Part shown: piece after piece, positions 62,449 through 64,000 of the stretch
Position numbering within the stretch: the stretch's first letter is position 1
Layout: every line of letters starts with the position of its first letter
Assembly (NCBI GenBank): GCA_046563655.1
Contig: CM102289.1
Span: 496,001 to 560,000, forward strand
DNA: 64,000 bases
Origin: Yuukianura sp. NJ FZ-2021
Taxonomy: Eukaryota
Direction of reading: 5' to 3'
The notes under the pieces: model-generated
Told to the model about the DNA's origin: nothing
What the model saw: only the letters and a program-made list of their open reading frames with translations
Database searches by the model: none
Program-made: the position numbers and the translations under genes

Positions 62449-63316
62449 GGCGAATTCAAACTTTTTTTTTCAATTTCCCCGCTCTAACTTAGAAAGTTAA
62501 ACTTATTGCAGGTCGCGGAGATTTAACACCTTTTGTAGTTAATTAGTTAATCACTTGACTTAATTAATCGATTGAGTGATGCAGGTCTTGGTTTGTGCGG
62601 CTAACCTTTATGTATTGCATCTGCAACTTAAGCTAGCAGTTCCCAAAAGTCCGGAAGTAACTGCACAATTTCAAATCAAACCAAAAGCCCCAATTAATTT
62701 TAAATTTAACACTCCAACTTCACATGGGAATTATGGCGGCCATTAAAGTTAAACTTAACTGTGCTAAATTTAAATTCATACATAGGAGATTTAACTTTGA
62801 CGAGGAAGTCAATGCCAGTTTCATAAAATTAATTCCATATAACAACCAGATTTTCAGACGAAACCATAACAAATATTTTTTTGTACTATTCAATTTTACA
62901 TTGAATAAAATGAAAAAATTAAGCATGAAAACACATATTGCCGTTGCTAGTAAACTACGTTTTTCTAAAAACTAAAAATTCCTTGAAAGTAAGAACAAAA
63001 CGAAACATGTTAAAACAAAGCACTCGAAAACCGGAGTATGAAAGTAGCGGAAGATGCTGATGGGATCTCAGCAGACAGACAGACAATGTCCTTGGATAAA
63101 ATGGCTTTTGCTACTTTTAGTAATCCCATTGCTGAAAATAGGTTTGAAACACAATGGGTGAGGCCAATGCGTATTTTTAAATATTGCCTGAAGGTTTTAG
63201 GGTTATTCAAATGTTGGAAATTGAAAAGCCCGAGCAAAAGCCTTGGGAACTCTTCTCTCAGTTGCATTTTCTTTTGTGCGGATCCTGACGCTAATAAATC
63301 GCTGAATCGCTGAACA

Positions 63317-63473
63317 ATGGACAACAAGGGGAATTTGGAATTCAACCCGAAAGGATCCAAGTCATTGCAAATTACGGGAGACGTGGTTTGCCCTTCCGCA
63401 ACCTGGGGCATTTGTGTCAACCATCGAACACGGCGGCTCACACTTGTATTGGGCACAACGCGAGGGACTCCAA
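63317..63473 (+). CDS. Orphan family gene copy 3, exon 1 only (remainder not seen in the window)
   Basis: MDNKGNLEFNPKGSKSLQITGDVVCPSATWGICVNHRTRRLTLVLGTTRGTP followed by a GTATAA donor at the homologous position. Confidence 0.65.
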
Positions 63474-63578
63474 GTATAAAAATACTTCTTCATATTGACT
63501 AATCTATTTAATTTCCCTTCACATCAAATTACTTTTCCAACTCACAACTTTTACAAATGTCTGTATTGTATTTAATCC

Positions 63579-64000
63579 TAGGGTTGTTCAAGTTCCGTTC
63601 CGTTCCGATTCCACGATGTCACGGAAACGGCAGGGGAACCGAGGCTTGAAAATGAAGCGGAATTAGTTTAAGAATTGGGAAACGGAAATGAAACGGAACT
63701 GAAACCAAAAAAATATGCATTAGTAGTTGAGCAAAATAGGTTCGAGAGTTGGAGGTATCTTATTTTTTATTCTTCTATTGTCCGAGGTAAGCGAGTAATA
63801 ACCACCATGAGCACATAAGCACGATATTTCAATATTATTCTGCATTTTGATCCATTTTCTATGAGAAATTTCCATGGAACAAGGAAAATCTGAAAATTTG
63901 AGGAACTTTTCGTTTCCAGTTCCGTGTAGAGGCGGAAACGGTTTCCACTGCCATGAAACTGAAAACGAAAACGGAAATTTTATTTCGTTTAAAAAAAAAT
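63579..64000. mobile_element. Probable hAT-type MITE, possibly truncated by the window edge
   Basis: Starts TAGGGTTGTTC, followed by multiple TTCCG/CGGAA(A)C subterminal repeats like those in the 44925 element. Confidence 0.5.

Noticed and set aside
63010..63456. 148-aa minus-strand ORF
   Set aside because: Antisense to orphan copy 3 exon 1 and not open in the paralogous regions.

Overview
AT-rich animal (arthropod) genomic DNA with short GT-AG introns and TTAGG/CCTAA-type repeats. The gene content and density suggest a soil hexapod such as a springtail (inference only). No prokaryotic operons, rRNA or CRISPR are present. Hand-spliced genes in order: FoxD forkhead factor; a secreted 12-Cys peptide missed by the ORF track; an SLC52 riboflavin transporter; three intact tandem chemoreceptor-like genes plus a pseudogene; an apparent EF1-beta/F-box chimera directly downstream of a 404-bp palindrome; a chemoreceptor-like gene broken by a hAT-type MITE; a DUF1757-like gene; alpha-tubulin acetyltransferase; a three-copy orphan gene family; a peptide GPCR; two secreted EF-hand miniproteins with Cys at loop position 7; two copies of a signal peptide + LRR-like ectodomain + FMRFamide-receptor-like GPCR, each next to a LITAF gene or remnant, with a c-type lysozyme between them; and an intron-containing gene resembling a bacterial family. 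Many non-autonomous DNA transposons with readable TIRs/TSDs and a tRNA-derived SINE family are interspersed. The strongest novelty candidates are the LRR-like/peptide-GPCR fusion and the EF1-beta/F-box chimera. All gene models are manual and lack transcript support.
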